Below, piece after piece: positions 12,540-25,530 of a DNA stretch of 64,000 bases. The DNA lies in assembly GCF_030684315.1 (NCBI RefSeq), contig NC_081397.1, positions 5,332,001 to 5,396,000 of the forward strand. Reading direction: 5' to 3'. The notes under the pieces were generated by a model. It saw nothing but the letters and a program-made list of their open reading frames with translations, was not told the origin of the DNA and made no database searches. The stretch's first letter is position 1; each line of letters starts with the position of its first letter. The stretch is from Stegostoma tigrinum (lineage: Eukaryota). Position numbers and translations under genes: made by a program.

Positions 12540-13140
12540 GCCAGGTGTGGGCATCACTGACTGGTCTGAGCATTGATTGGCCCTCCTGAAATGCGCGTCA
12601 GAAGGTGATAGTGAACTGCCTTCCTGAACCATTGAATCTCTGAGCTGTAGGTCGACCCACATTGCCGGTAGTAAGGGAATTGCAGGATTTTCACGGATTG
12701 AAACAGGCTGAATGGCCAATATATTTCCAAGTCAGGATGGTGAGTGGCTTGGAGAAGATCTTGCAGATCATGCTGTTCCCGTGAACCTGCTGCTGTTGTC
12801 TTTCAAGATGGAAGTAGTTGTGGGTTTGGAAGGTGCTGTCTAATTTTATGTTTGAGAGAGTGGAAGTTTGTGAATGTGGTACCAATTAAACAGGAGCAGC
12901 TTTTTCATGGATAGTATCTCGCTTGCCGTGTGCAGTTGGAGCAGCACTAACACATGACTTAAATGTTGGAGATTTTGGACAGGTTTGAGAAATCAGGAGG
13001 TAAGTTACTTGCTGCAGTATCCATAGCCTTAGACCTGCTCTTGTTGCCACTGCATTTATTGGGTGAGTCCAGTTCAGCTTGTGGTTCATGGTAGCTTCCA
13101 GGATGTTGATAGTGGAGGATACAATGATGCTGAGGCCCAA
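12540..13140 (-). mobile_element. L2-like LINE 3' fragment
   Basis: HKLNWTHPINAVATRAGLRLWILQQV remnant; homologous to 820-1207. Confidence 0.55.
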
Positions 13141-13575
13141 GTCAAAGGATGCCTTACTGCACGTCTCTGTGATGCAGTTTTACACTCACACACTGATCAG
13201 ACTTGATATAGCCTCCATCCACCCTAACAGCAAGTTCCATCACAACAATCTCCACTACAATCCCAAATCTCTATGGTATTGTATCGATTAATGTGAGTGA
13301 TAGTGAACAGAATTGGACATGTTGCACTGACCCTGAGAACAATACTCCTGTATTACAGCAGGGCAGTCAATGTTCCTTCTCCTCTCGGAAAGTCTGCCCA
13401 GGCACACACTGACCTTGACTAGAGGTTAGCTACATCTCCCCATGCTGAGAAACTGCACGGTCTGTGTGTCTATGTTTAGTGGAGAACAGCTGATCTCCGC
13501 TGGGATTGATTTTGTAATGTTCACTGTCAGAGCAGGAGGAGCAAATACAATTGAAAACATTGGAAAGGTTCACTA

Positions 13576-13770
13576 AAGTGAAGGCCAAGCTGATAGTGAA
13601 AGTGACCAAGAAAGCAGCAAAGAAATGAACCCAAAGGTGCAACATGTAACCATCTGAACCCAAAGGCTCCTGTCAGAGACACCGATATCTCTCAGGAAAG
13701 AGCTGAGCCCGGCTCAAAGGGTCCCTGTCCTGGTTCGAGTGGAGACGTAGGCATTAATTAATTTGAATCA
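13576..13770 (+). pseudogene. Histone H1 relic (3' end only)
   Basis: GTGAAAGTGACCAAGAAAGCAGCAAAGAAATGA (stop 13626-13628) matches the end of the H1 at 45064. Broken stem-loop GGCTCCTGTCAGAGAC at 13665-13680, intact GGAAAGAGCTGAGCCCGG downstream element, no upstream coding sequence. Confidence 0.85.
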
Positions 13771-13889
13771 CTCAAAGCACGCTTTCTTGGCTCCATTTAC
13801 ACCAGTTCCTCTCGCACATTCTACAATGAATCAGTGTGAGGACACCCCCTCTCATTTTTACTGACCATCAGTTCGGGTGCACTTGCAGT

Positions 13890-14625
13890 TCAGGAACAAA
13901 AACAAAGTTACTGGAAATGCTCAGCAGATTTGGCAGCATCTATGGAGGGGAAAAAAGTGAACATTTCAGGTCCGATGACCCTTCCTCAGAACTGGATGCA
14001 GCGAGATAATGCTGAGGCCTTTGCTGAGTACAGAGCGTTCAGCATCAGAGAGCAGAAGGTTAGGAGGGATGGCCAATACCGGACATGATGTGGGGTGTTT
14101 GTGGGAAGGGATAGAGTCAGAGGGAAGGGAAGGAGCGGTAGGTTCCAGACAGCCATTGGTATTTTTGAGTTGATGCATCTTGTGGGCCTGATTGCCTGAT
14201 CGGAAAAGAAAAAAAATTCCTTGTTAGTCTGACGAATGAGCCGGAGGATGAAGTGGAACTGAGGACTGGTACAGCTCTGAGCCAGTGTGTTACGATGCTG
14301 TTGGAGAGAGAGGTTGAGAGTATGCATGTGCCTCCGCATCGCATTGAGGGTGGATCTCAGAATGTGGCCAGAGCTGCCGTCCGTGGAACGTTGAACATCA
14401 TGGTGGTATCTATGATCCTGGGAGGATTCAAAACATGAGGGATGAAACTTGAGTTGGAATCCACGTGGTGTGAGTCTGAGCCGGAGGCAGTCACTGAGGA
14501 ATGTGATATGGCTGTGGAAAGTGATATTGGCTGAATGAAGAGTCTGGGCCCGAAATATCAGCTTTTGTGCTCCTAAGATGCTGCTTGGCCAGCTGTGTTC
14601 ATCCAGCACCACACTTTCTTATCAT
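13890..14625 (-). mobile_element. PLE fragments: N-terminal ORF region (~13995-14520) plus terminal-repeat pieces
   Basis: FHSHITFLSDCLRLRLTPRGFQLKF...LSDAERSVLSKGLS; a terminal fragment at ~14530-14622 is flanked by duplicated ATGGCTGTGGAAA. Confidence 0.65.
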
Positions 14626-15004
14626 GGCTGTGGAAAAGTCAGTTTCAGTTCCTGTCCGTTTCTACTTTACACATTCAGGGAGAGAGTAACACTGGCGCAG
14701 AAACCCCGCTTCATAACACAGCCCTCAAGAATTGATTTTGTGTGATTCAGCTGGAGCAATGGAAACTGACACTGTCGTATTCTACAGCATCTGCAGTTTC
14801 TGCTATCTTTGAAATGGAAGCTGACATGCTGTCTCCTGAAAGAAAGGCCGGCACATGGGCGTTTAATTGTATCACAACTGCTTTTAAAAGTTCCAGGTTT
14901 TATTATCTTCGAACGTGAAGCTTGAGTCTCAGCTGGAGGCGGAGACGGACATTTCTCTGTCTGTCACTCAGCTTCCTGCCCGGGCCGCCTCTCCCTCTCT
15001 GTCA

Positions 15005-15040
15005 GCTCTTTCTCAGTCAGGTCGGGGCGGGCTGTATAAA
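15005..15040 (+). promoter_or_regulatory. H4 promoter: site II-like element, GC box, TATA
   Basis: TTTCTCAGTCAGGTCGG, GGGGCGGG, TATAAA at 15035-15040. Confidence 0.7.
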
Positions 15041-15088
15041 GAAGGAAGGTGAGGCAGCTCGGCTCTCACTCGGCAGCGATTGCAGTGA

Positions 15089-15409
<321 letters not shown>

Positions 15410-15439
15410 GCAACTCATTCCTTTTCCAGCGAACCCAAA

Positions 15440-15455
15440 GGCTCTTTTCAGAGCC
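15440..15455 (+). terminator. Histone 3' stem-loop (H4)
   Basis: CCAAA-GGCTCTTTTCAGAGCC-ACCCA, followed by purine-rich GAGAGCGG. Confidence 0.97.
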
Positions 15456-16064
15456 ACCCAAACCCTCCGATTGAGAGCGGAGACCTGAGGACGGGGAAAG
15501 GCAACACATAGGGCTGTTGCAGCGACTTTTAGTTTTGAACCAATCCTTTAAGGAAATATATTAACTTCGTGCCGCGCGTGGCAGGAGAGAGAGCGCGGAT
15601 TGTGAAATTATACTGTATGCAGAAAAGTGTTTTCTAACCAAGGTATCCCTACACTACAGATAGAGGTTTCACGCCATTCGAGACCATACTGTTCTGCAGC
15701 TGGTTATGGCCTTTCTAGTGAATACCAATCTATCAGTAATACTACCAGTTGTCCATACCATGAATAATTTGCTCTGTCCGGAATTTTGGGCCCAGGCGCT
15801 AATTGCATATTGCAGTGTTTGTACTTCATTCACGCTTCCTGGAATGATACTTTGTTCATTTTGATTCTGGTAGCTGTGCCGATGTTTTCGTGGCGAGTTC
15901 ATTCTAACTGCCTGTCAGAGACACATCAGGAAATGATTCAGAGCCCTCTCCGCGCTGACTGCAAGTTAGGTTCACAAGAAAATTTTGTAAAGCATAAGAT
16001 ATAACCTTAGTTGCAGACACATGGGACTTCTCGTTTTAAAATTATTTCAGCTCAGGCTGAAATC

Positions 16065-16230
16065 GGCGGGCGATTTGAAATAGACCAACTGTCATTTCAA
16101 CTTAACCAATCAGCCTCCAACAACTATTTTGCTGCCTTTTCTGTCCTTCAGCGGCTGTTTCTCAGGGGGTTGAGGGACGGGACTGTATCCAATCCCAGCT
16201 CTTGGCCGGGCTCTCCATTCCCTTAAACAG
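16065..16230 (+). promoter_or_regulatory. H3 promoter: CDE/CHR-like element and CCAAT boxes
   Basis: GGCGG-gcga-TTTGAA at 16065-16079; CCAAT at ~16106 and ~16189; TTAAA at ~16223. Confidence 0.55.
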
Positions 16231-16260
16231 GCAGCGCCGCAGCAGGATCAGCATTGATAG

Positions 16261-16698
<438 letters not shown>

Positions 16699-16740
16699 AA
16701 GGAGCGGGCCCGGCCCTGCACATTCACCCCGAGAAACAAC

Positions 16741-16756
16741 GGCTCTTTTCAGAGCC
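16741..16756 (+). terminator. Histone 3' stem-loop (H3)
   Basis: GGCTCTTTTCAGAGCC-ACTA, followed by AGAGAGAGCAG. Confidence 0.97.
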
Positions 16757-17470
16757 ACTACACTATACAGAGAGAGCAGCAATCGTCAGGCACTATGGAC
16801 TTCAGTTAATGCTATTGATGTCGTCTCAATGCAACAGCTCTTACAGAAACTTAATGTGTCTGAGATGCACTAATTCATCTGAAAGACAGGACGCAACTCG
16901 GGGCAATCAGATTTATACACTTTCACTAATCGCAACAAATTCAAGTACTGCACACCACGTTTTATAATTTATAATTTTCAATTGAAACGCCTCTGTGTGC
17001 GAATTGCTTCCCTTGGCGTTTCCCCAGCTGTAACTGAACTTGGCGGAGGAGGAGGATGGTGGAAAAGAATCGCCAATTTCAAAACCCACCAGAACAGACA
17101 AACTATTTTTATATTTTTGTTCGTGCACTCGAAATTTTGCGCAATCTCCCACTAGTGGATTCGTTCGACCAACTGAGGAGGGTCGGGTCAGTCTCGAATG
17201 GCCTCTTCCTGGCGCAGAGCTATTCTATGTCTCTATTTCCCTATCAGCGTATTGATGGGGATGCCCCTTTGAGTCACTGTTTGAAGTCGCTGTCCCTGTA
17301 GCAAAACCTCCAACTTTATTCGTCCCGTCCGGCAGCTGTTTTAGTGTTATCCGTGTTAAGGAGAAAGCAAAAGCGATTATTTTTGCTCATTTAAAGGACC
17401 GTGCTTGAACATAACGAAAGTTAATTAGCCAGCAGTGACGGTCTAGCTGCTTTTCACTGATGTTGTGGGT

Positions 17471-17486
17471 GGCTCTTAAAAGAGCC
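17471..17486 (-). terminator. Histone 3' stem-loop (H2A)
   Basis: Minus strand reads AAA-GGCTCTTTTAAGAGCC-ACCCA. Confidence 0.97.
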
Positions 17487-17516
17487 TTTGTGTTTGCAAA
17501 TTCAAGAACGGCCTCT

Positions 17517-17921
<405 letters not shown>

Positions 17922-19029
17922 TCAAACACTTTCACAGAGAATGCTGCAATGTGGCCTCATCCCGCCCTCTTATACCTTCGGGAGGAATGGGGGTGCGGCC
18001 ATTGCTGATTGGTCACATTGTTCGGTATCTCCTAATGTCGTTTCCATTCCCAATCAGATATCTGCTTCCCTCACCAATCCGGAGAGGGCCCGGAGAGGAG
18101 GCGGGAACGTCCCGGCGCCAAATCATCAACCGCTTTCTTTCAAACTCGGAAAGCCCGCCAATATGGACAAAACTGGAAGAAGTTTTACAAAGAAGAATAC
18201 GTTCATAGTTCAGATAATTTACTTTTAGAATACACCTGTATACTTCACACAATCTCTCTCTGATTCCCAGGCCTCAGTGAATCGATGTGTTTCTGATTTT
18301 TTTTATACTTAAGAATAAGCAGATGGCAGAAAAAAGAGCCCGCCCGAAGTAAGTCTCTGCACAGATTTATTTTATTTCAGATCAGCATATAATGCTGATA
18401 ATGGAGATAATGATAACAGTATCACACAACAATTTCTTTCCCGTTGAGCGCATTACTGCTTTAAACAACATTTTACAATCGCGCTCCCAACTGCACGAGA
18501 TCAACAATATTTCTCCTTTTGCGATGCCAGTCCGGCAGCTGTTCTGCTTTCATCTCGGTTCACTTTGAAATGTTCCCACCGACAGCAGAAAGCCTCATTT
18601 ATAGCTTTCTGCAAAACTGGACAGAACCCGCGGGGAGATTTGAAAATAAAACAAAATTCCTCTGCGTGGAAACCGTAGGAAAATACCGGCGCCAAATCAT
18701 CCACCGTTTTCTTTCCGATTTGAAAAGCCCGCCAACATGGGCAATACGAGGAAGACGCTTTACATGAATGCTTACGATTTAATTTCCTTTCAGATTACAA
18801 ATTGATACTTGACATAACCTCTCGTTCTCACTCAGTGAGTAACTCCGGCTTCGGGAAATTTTGTAATTATTGTGCTCGATCAGACTTCCCTGTTAATCTC
18901 GGTTCATTTTGAAAGCCTCTTACCGAGAACGGCAAGCCCCACATCCTGCATTCTGAAAATAAATTCCGAGAACTTCACGGAGAGATTTGGAAATTGAAAC
19001 AAAACACAAATCGCACGATACTACCAAAG

Positions 19030-19229
19030 ATAATGGGAACTGCAGATGCTGGAGAATTCCAAAGATAATAAAATGTGAGGCTGGATGAACACAGCAGGCC
19101 AAGCAGCATCTCAGGAGCACAAATGCTGACGTTTCGGGCCTAGATCCTTCTCTAGGCTCGAAACGTCAGCTTTTGTGCACCTGAGATGCTGCTTGGCCTG
19201 CTGTGTTCATCCAACTTCATTTTATTATC
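19030..19229. mobile_element. Fold-back PLE-terminus mini-element with a 14-bp target duplication
   Basis: Inverted termini meet at GACGTTTCGGGCCTAG...CTAGGCTCGAAACGTC; TCGCACGATACTAC occurs at 19011-19024 and 19230-19243. Confidence 0.85.
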
Positions 19230-19598
19230 TCGCACGATACTACTCTTCGTTGGTCTCAAATACGGGGTCATTTGCTTTCGTTACCACGGGAGAAATTTAG
19301 GGCTCATTACCCACAGGGACAAAACCCTCCAACATGTCCGAATTAGGAAAATGACGTTTTACAAAGAGGAATGAATAATTTAATTTTTCATAGAATTTAA
19401 TTCATTTTCATATTGCAAGTGCACCTGAAATATTTAGGAAAAACTCACATAACCTTCGCCCCGAAACGTCAACATTCCTGCTCCTCTGATGCTGCTTGGC
19501 TTGCTGTGTTCACCCAGGCCCACACCTGGTTGTCTCAGATTCTCCAGCATCGGCGATCCAAGTTAAAACGGTTCAGCTGCCTCAGTGCAATTGTGGGT

Positions 19599-19614
19599 GG
19601 CTCTTAAAAGAGCC
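19599..19614 (-). terminator. Histone 3' stem-loop (H2B)
   Basis: Minus strand reads CCCAAC-GGCTCTTTTAAGAGCC-ACCCA. Confidence 0.97.
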
Positions 19615-19658
19615 GTTGGGTTTTGGATTGGTGTCTGCTTTCAGCACAGCGAGGTGTC

Positions 19659-20039
19659 TCACTTGGAGCTGGTGTACTTGGTCACCGCCTTTGTACCCTC
19701 CGACACGGCGTGCTTGGCCAGCTCCCCGGGCAGCAACAGCCGCACGGCGGTCTGGATCTCCCGGGAGCTGATGGTGCTGCGCTTGTTGTAATGGGCCAGG
19801 CGGGAAGCCTCCCCTGCGATACGCTCGAAAATATCGCTGACGAACGAGTTCATGATGCTCATGGCCCTAGAGGAGATGCCGGTGTCGGGGTGAACCTGCT
19901 TCATCACTTTGTAGATGTAGATGGAGTAACTTTCTTTCCTGCGTCGGCTCCTTTTCTTGCCGCTTTTCCCCGGCGCCTTCTTGATGATTTTCTTCGCGCC
20001 TTTCTTGGAAGTTGCCTGCGATTTCTTCTCATCTGCCAT
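19659..20039 (-). CDS. H2B: Histone H2B (126 aa, divergent N-tail)
   Basis: [17 protein letters not shown]...[23 protein letters not shown]...AVTKYTSSK. Confidence 0.99.
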   Translation of the reverse strand: MADEKKSQATSKKGAKKIIKKAPGKSGKKRSRRRKESYSIYIYKVMKQVHPDTGISSRAMSIMNSFVSDIFERIAGEASRLAHYNKRSTISSREIQTAVRLLLPGELAKHAVSEGTKAVTKYTSSK

Positions 20040-20091
20040 AACGACGGTCACCGTCAGACACAGAAGAAGGGAAAGTGGGCGCGTAGCTCGC

Positions 20092-20155
20092 TTTTTATAG
20101 GCTGCTGGCGTCAGCAATGCTAATGAGGGATGGGGGAGGTCTTGTTCATGATTGG
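20092..20155 (-). promoter_or_regulatory. H2B promoter: TATA, CRE-like site, octamer variant, CCAAT
   Basis: TATAAAAA at 20099-20092, TGACGCCA, ATTAGCAT at 20124-20117 (canonical ATTTGCAT), CCAAT at 20155-20151. Confidence 0.7.
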
Positions 20156-20619
20156 ACAGTTTACAAGAATCTCAGCGGATGTGATTAGCTTTTCTGTGAT
20201 TGCTTAGTGTGGGACACAACGGGGATCTGTCAGGATATGCAACGAAAAGTGAAACACAAGCCGAAATTTTGTACCCGAATCACTCTACATTTAACTCGTT
20301 ATTGTCATTTATTGATATTGTGAACACAGTACCTGAGAGTTTTTAATTGCGACAATGTATTTATCTGCTCAAAGCAACCTTTCATGTATAACATATTATT
20401 TTGTTTCATCACTCTCTGTGGTTTCTGCATTACACTATGAGCAGTATTGTGTTCAGAGCTTGATGTTTAATGAGGGATAGTTTGTCGAATATCTGTCAGT
20501 CTCTGCGATATGAAAATGGGAGTGCAGTTATCCATCTGACGCTTTTCACGCAGTGTGGATGGTTATTACTCTCTCACAGTCTGTTCCTGTCATACTGTCG
20601 TAAAGATAGACAACACTCG

Positions 20620-21680
20620 TGGGTCCACCTCATCCATGGCAACCAGATATCCTAAATTAATCTCGTCCTATTTGCCAGGATTTGGCCCACATCACTCGAA
20701 GCCCTTCCGATTCATACACCCGCCCAGATGTCTTTCAAATGTTGTAGCTGGACTCAACTCCACCACTTCCTCTGGCAGTTCACTGCAATTCCACACCACA
20801 CTCTGTGAGCAAACATTGCCCACCGAAAGTTCCTTTCATATCGTGATTTTCTCATCCAAAACCCATGCCCTCTAGTGTTGGACTCCTACCCCTTGTGCAT
20901 AAGAACGTGATTATTCATGCTATCCATGCCCCTCTTAATTTTATATCTTCTATACAGTCACCATCGAGCCTCAGACACTTCATGGAAAACAAGCTGCAAA
21001 ACAAGCCACAATAAGCCCTGTCTATTCAGTCTCTCCCTGAAACTCAAACTTTCCAACTGTGGCAACATCCTTTTAAACATGTTCCTGACTCAGTCAAGTT
21101 GAACAACACCTTCCCTATTGCAAGGGGGCACCAGAACTGAATGCAGTATTTCAAAAGTCGTCTAACCAATCTTCTGTACAGTCACAACATCACCTCCCAA
21201 TCCTCAATATACACTGAATGCCCTGACCAATAAAGGCAATTGTATCAAACACCTTCTTCACTGCCCTGTCTCCCTGGAATTCCACTTTCAAGACGCTATG
21301 AGCCTGCATTCCATGGCCACTTAGTTTGACAACACTTCCCGAGAATTGACCATGAAGTGTGCAAGTCTTGCCCCGATTTTCTGTTACAAAATGTAGCACC
21401 TCACATTTGTCAAGATTAAACCCCAGCTGCCACTCCATAGCCCATTGGTCCTCTCGATCAAGGTCCTGTTGTAGTCTGAGGTCAGGCAGTCGTGCAGCAT
21501 GGACAAAGGCCCTTCAGCCCAAACTGGTTCATGCTGATCATGGTGTCCTCTCAGCTAATTCCAACTGCCCACATTTGGTCCATATCCCTCTAAAACCTAC
21601 TCTTTTTTTTAATGCTGCAATTGCACCTGCCTCAACAACTTTCTCTGGCAGCTGATTCCACATGTGCACCACTCCGCAAG
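20620..21680 (-). mobile_element. Degenerate CR1-like LINE fragments (mirror at ~63000-64000)
   Basis: WQLGFNLDKCEVLHF remnant. Confidence 0.75.
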
Positions 21681-21809
21681 GTCCTTCTTAAATCCCTCTG
21701 TTTTCTTGATAAACCTTCCTCACTCTCAAAACTACATCTTAATTTTGTATATTGGAAAACATACGAATCATGCCTTGTACATTCACATCAAGGCCACTTA
21801 TCACACAAT

Positions 21810-22100
21810 CATCGAATCCCTACTGTGTGGAAACAGGCCCTTTGGCCCAACAAGTCCATGCTGACACTCCGAGCATCCCACCCAGATCCATCCTGCTATA
21901 ACTCACCCAACACATCACTGAACACCACGGGAAAATTCCCATAGCCAACCCACTTAGTCTGCACATCTTTGAACTGTGGGAGGAAACCAGTGCACCCGGA
22001 GGAACATCATGCAGACATGGAGAGAATGTGCAAACTCCACACAGATAATCGCCTGAGGATGGAATTGAACCCGGATCCCCGGTGCTAACCACTGAGACAC
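21810..22100 (-). mobile_element. HE1/V-SINE-like SINE (mirror 62580-62880)
   Basis: B-box-like GGTTCAATTCC on the minus strand plus the conserved SINE core. Confidence 0.75.
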
Positions 22101-22124
22101 CGAAGTGCCCAACAAAGGTCACAG

Positions 22125-23430
22125 CACAAACCCCTGTGGCACACCACGAGTCACAGGCCTCCAGTCCGAGAAACAAGCTTCAACCATCACACTCTGCTTT
22201 CTACCATCGAGCCATTTTTGAATCAAATTAGCTAGCTCTCCCTGGATCCCTTGCAACTTAACCTTCATTACTAGTCTGCGTGGAGGACCTTGTCAAAAGC
22301 CTTACTAAAGACCATACAGACTACATCCACTGCCCTCCCATCATCTATCCACTTGGTTACTTCTTTGAAAAACTCAAAGATTTGTCACATGTGCCTTTCC
22401 GCACACAAATCCATTCCGACTATCCAAATGTTCATTGATCCTGTCACTCAGCATCCTTTCCAATAACTTGCTTACTGCTGGTGTTCGGCTCACTGGCTTG
22501 TCTTTCCTCCCTTTCATAAACAATGTAACAACTTTAGCCACCCTCCAGTCTTCTGGAACCTCGCCAGTGGCTAAAAATGAAGCTAAAATCTCTGCAAAGG
22601 AAGGGTCTCTGCAATTTCTTTCCTGGCTTCCCACAAAATCCGACATGGACACTATCAGAACTCGGAAATTCATCCACCTTAATATGATCTAAAGCTGCAA
22701 AGACACCCTTTCTGTTCATACAGATGCAGTCCAAAATATCTCTACTTCCTTCCCTTATTTCTTATAGGGATTATAGGGTGGCACAGTGGCTCAGTGGTTA
22801 GCTATGCAGCCTCACAGCACCAGGGACCCAGATTCGAATCCAGCCTCGAGCGACTGTCTGTGTGGAGTTTACACATTCTCCCTGTGTCTGCGTGGGTTTC
22901 CTCCGGGTGCTCCGGTTTCCTCCCACAGCCCAAAGATGTGTAGGTTAGGTGGACCGGACATGCTAAATTGCCTGTCGTGTTCGGAGTGTGTGGGTTAGAG
23001 GGGGATGGGTCTGGGTGGGAAGCTTGAAGGGGTGGTGTGGACTTGTTGAGCCGAGGGGCCTGTTTCCACACTGTAGGGAATTAATCTCATTTCCTGAGCA
23101 TCCATGATTCTCTCCTCAGCAAACACTGAGGAGAAATATTCATTAAAAATCCTCCCCTTCTGCTGTGGCTCCACACATGGACCACCATCCTGATCTTAAA
23201 GGGGTCCTCCTCTCCCCAGCCAACCTTTTATGCTTATTATAACTATGGAGCCTCTGGGGATTATCTGTAACCTTTCATGCCAGATCCATTTCATGACATA
23301 TTTTTGCTCTTCTGATTTCCCTCTTGTGTGCTTCTCCACTTTTTATAGTTATCTAGGGATTCACTTGAGCCTGATAGTTTAAACCCAATGTCTGCCTTCT
23401 TCCCTTTCCTGACCAGATCTTCAATGTCGC
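22125..23430 (-). mobile_element. Degenerate CR1-like ORF2 fragment interrupted by a SINE (mirror ~61230-62560)
   Basis: LATGEVPEDWRVAKVVTLFMKGRKDKP...GFVCGK remnant. Confidence 0.75.
22775..23085 (+). mobile_element. Full-length tRNA-derived SINE (HE1/V-SINE-like; mirror 61560-61875)
   Basis: A box TGGCTCAGTGG, B box GATTCGAATCC, V-SINE-like core, LINE-like 3' tail GGGCCTGTTTCCACACTGTAGGG. Confidence 0.85.
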
Positions 23431-24060
23431 TTGATATTTCAGGTTATCTGCCTCTGTCATTTCTGTTGTCCAAAAGAGTGGCATTATTAGTCTGTACCTT
23501 TCAATCTGTGCTCTGTGAATGTGTGAGTGTAGTTCTCATTCCATGCCTGACAGTTTCTCCAAGAAAATGCATGAGTGTTGTTACTCGTACCTACATGTCC
23601 ATTCGGTGGTATCAATGTAAGAGTGCAGGCATTAGTCTGCACATGCCAATTTCTGCTCCGTCAATATGCGAGTTTAGTTTCTGTTAGGCAGATGTGAGAA
23701 TGTAGTTGTCACAATGTACCTGGGAGACTTTGATCTCTGACCATTTGAGTTCAGTTGTCACACTGTACCTGCCAGTTTTTAGTTTGTGAAAAAGAGAGTG
23801 TGGTTTTAAATCTGTGACTGTCAGTTTCTCCTAAGTGAGTTTGTTTGTACAATTATCAGTATATTCCTGAAAGATTCTGTTGCATGAATGTGTAATTGTA
23901 GTTATCAATCCGTCCATATCAGTCTTTGATGTGTGAAATTATGAGAGGATGTACTAATTTTTCCCCATCCGTCTTCTGTCTTGTGAAAATGGGTGTTTAG
24001 TTATCAAGCTGTTTATTTTCATATGTGCTCTGCGAATGTTTGGCAGCAGTTATCACTATC

Positions 24061-25530
24061 TCAGGAGCACAAAAACTGATGTTTTGGGCCTAGATCCTTC
24101 ATCAGAGAGGGGGATGGGGAGAGGGAACTGGAGTCAATAGGGAGAGAGGGGGAGGCGGACCAAAGATGGAGAGAAAAGAAGATAGGTAGAGAGGAGAGTA
24201 TAGGTGGGGAGGTAGGGAGGGGATAGGTCAGTCCAGGGAAGACGGACAGGCCATGGAGGTGGGATGAGGTGGTCGGTAGGAAATGGGGGTGCGGCTTGAG
24301 ATGGGAGGAATTGATTGGTGAGAGGAAGAACAGGTTAGGGAAGCAGAGACAGGTTGGGCTGGTTTTGTGGTGCAGTGAGGGGAGAGGAAGAACTGGGCTG
24401 GTTTTGGGAAGCAGTCGGGGAAGGGAAGATTTTGAAGCTTGTGAAGTCCACGTTGATACCATTGGGCTGCAGGGTTCCCAAGTGGAATATGAGTTGCTGT
24501 TCCTGCAACCTTTGGGTGGCATCATTGTGGCACTGCAGGAAGCCCATGATGGATATGTCGTCTGAGGAATGGGAGGGGAATCTGAAATGTTTCGCAACTG
24601 GGAGGTGCAGTTGTTTGTTGCGAACCGAGCGGAGGTGTTCTGCAAAATGGGCCCCAAGCCTCCGCTTGGTTTCCCCAATGTAGAGGAAGTCACATTGGGT
24701 GCAATGGATACAATATACCACATTGGCAGATGTGCAGGTGAACATCTGTTTGATATGGAAGGTCATCCTGGGGCCTGGGATGGGGGTGAGGGAGGTGTGT
24801 GGGGCAAGTGTAGCACTTCCTGCGGTTGCAGAAGAAGGTGTCTGGTGTGGTGTGGTTGGAGGGGAGTGTGGAGCGGACAAGGGAGTCGTGGTGAGAGTGG
24901 TCTCTCCAGAAAGAGACAAGGGTGGGGATGGAAAAATGGCTTGGGTGGTGGGGTCAGATTGTAGATGGCGGAAGATTCGAAGGATGATATGTTGTATCCA
25001 GAGGTAGGTGGGGTGGTATGTGAGGATGAGGGGGATCCTCTGGGGTCCCCCAACTGTAACCCAAAACCAGCCCAGTTCTTCCCCTCCCCCCCACTGAATC
25101 ACAAAACCAGCCCAGCTCATCCCCTCTCCCCACTGCAATCCCAAAACCAGCCCACCCTGTCTCTGCTTCCCTGACCTGTTCTTCCTCTCACCCATCCCTT
25201 CCTCCCACCTCAAGCCGCACCTCCATCTCCTACCTACCACCTCATCCCGCCTCCTTTACCTGTCCATCTTCCCTGGACTGACCTACCCCTCCCCACCTCC
25301 CCACCTGTACGCTCCTCTCTACCTATCTTGTTTTTTCTGCATCTTCGGTCCACCTCCCCCTCTCTCCCTATTTATTCCCGTTCCATCTCCCCATCCCCCT
25401 CTCTGATGAAGGGTCTGAGCCCGAAACGTCAGCTTTTGTGCTCCTGAGATGCTGCTTGGCCTGCTGTGTTCATCCAGCTCCACACTTTGTTGTCTTGGAT
25501 TCTCCAGCATCTGCAGTTCCCATTATCACA
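24061..25530 (-). mobile_element. PLE (Neptune-type) 3' fragment with GIY-YIG endonuclease and inverted terminal repeats (mirror 59198-60592)
   Basis: RIPLILTYHP...FTCTSANVVYCIHCTQCDFLYIGETKRRL..HFAEH...EQQLIFHLGTLQPNGIN; termini ~24061-24420 and ~25055-25530 are inverted. Confidence 0.9.
25401..25432 (+). ncRNA. Minimal hammerhead ribozyme motif in a PLE terminus (intact core)
   Basis: ct-CTGATGA-a-GGGT(ctga)GCCC-GAAA-C-GTC-ag: CUGAUGA and GAAA boxes, stem II, palindromic ACGT and a GUC cleavage triplet. Confidence 0.75.

Noticed and set aside
19659-20117. N-terminally extended H2B, and extended H4/H3/H2A starts in the ORF track
   Set aside because: The extensions start at non-ATG codons, and for H2B the extension runs across the TATA box. 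The true ATGs are 20039, 15098, 16288 and 17909.
22786-22850. tRNA gene
   Set aside because: The A and B boxes belong to a SINE head and no full cloverleaf is evident.
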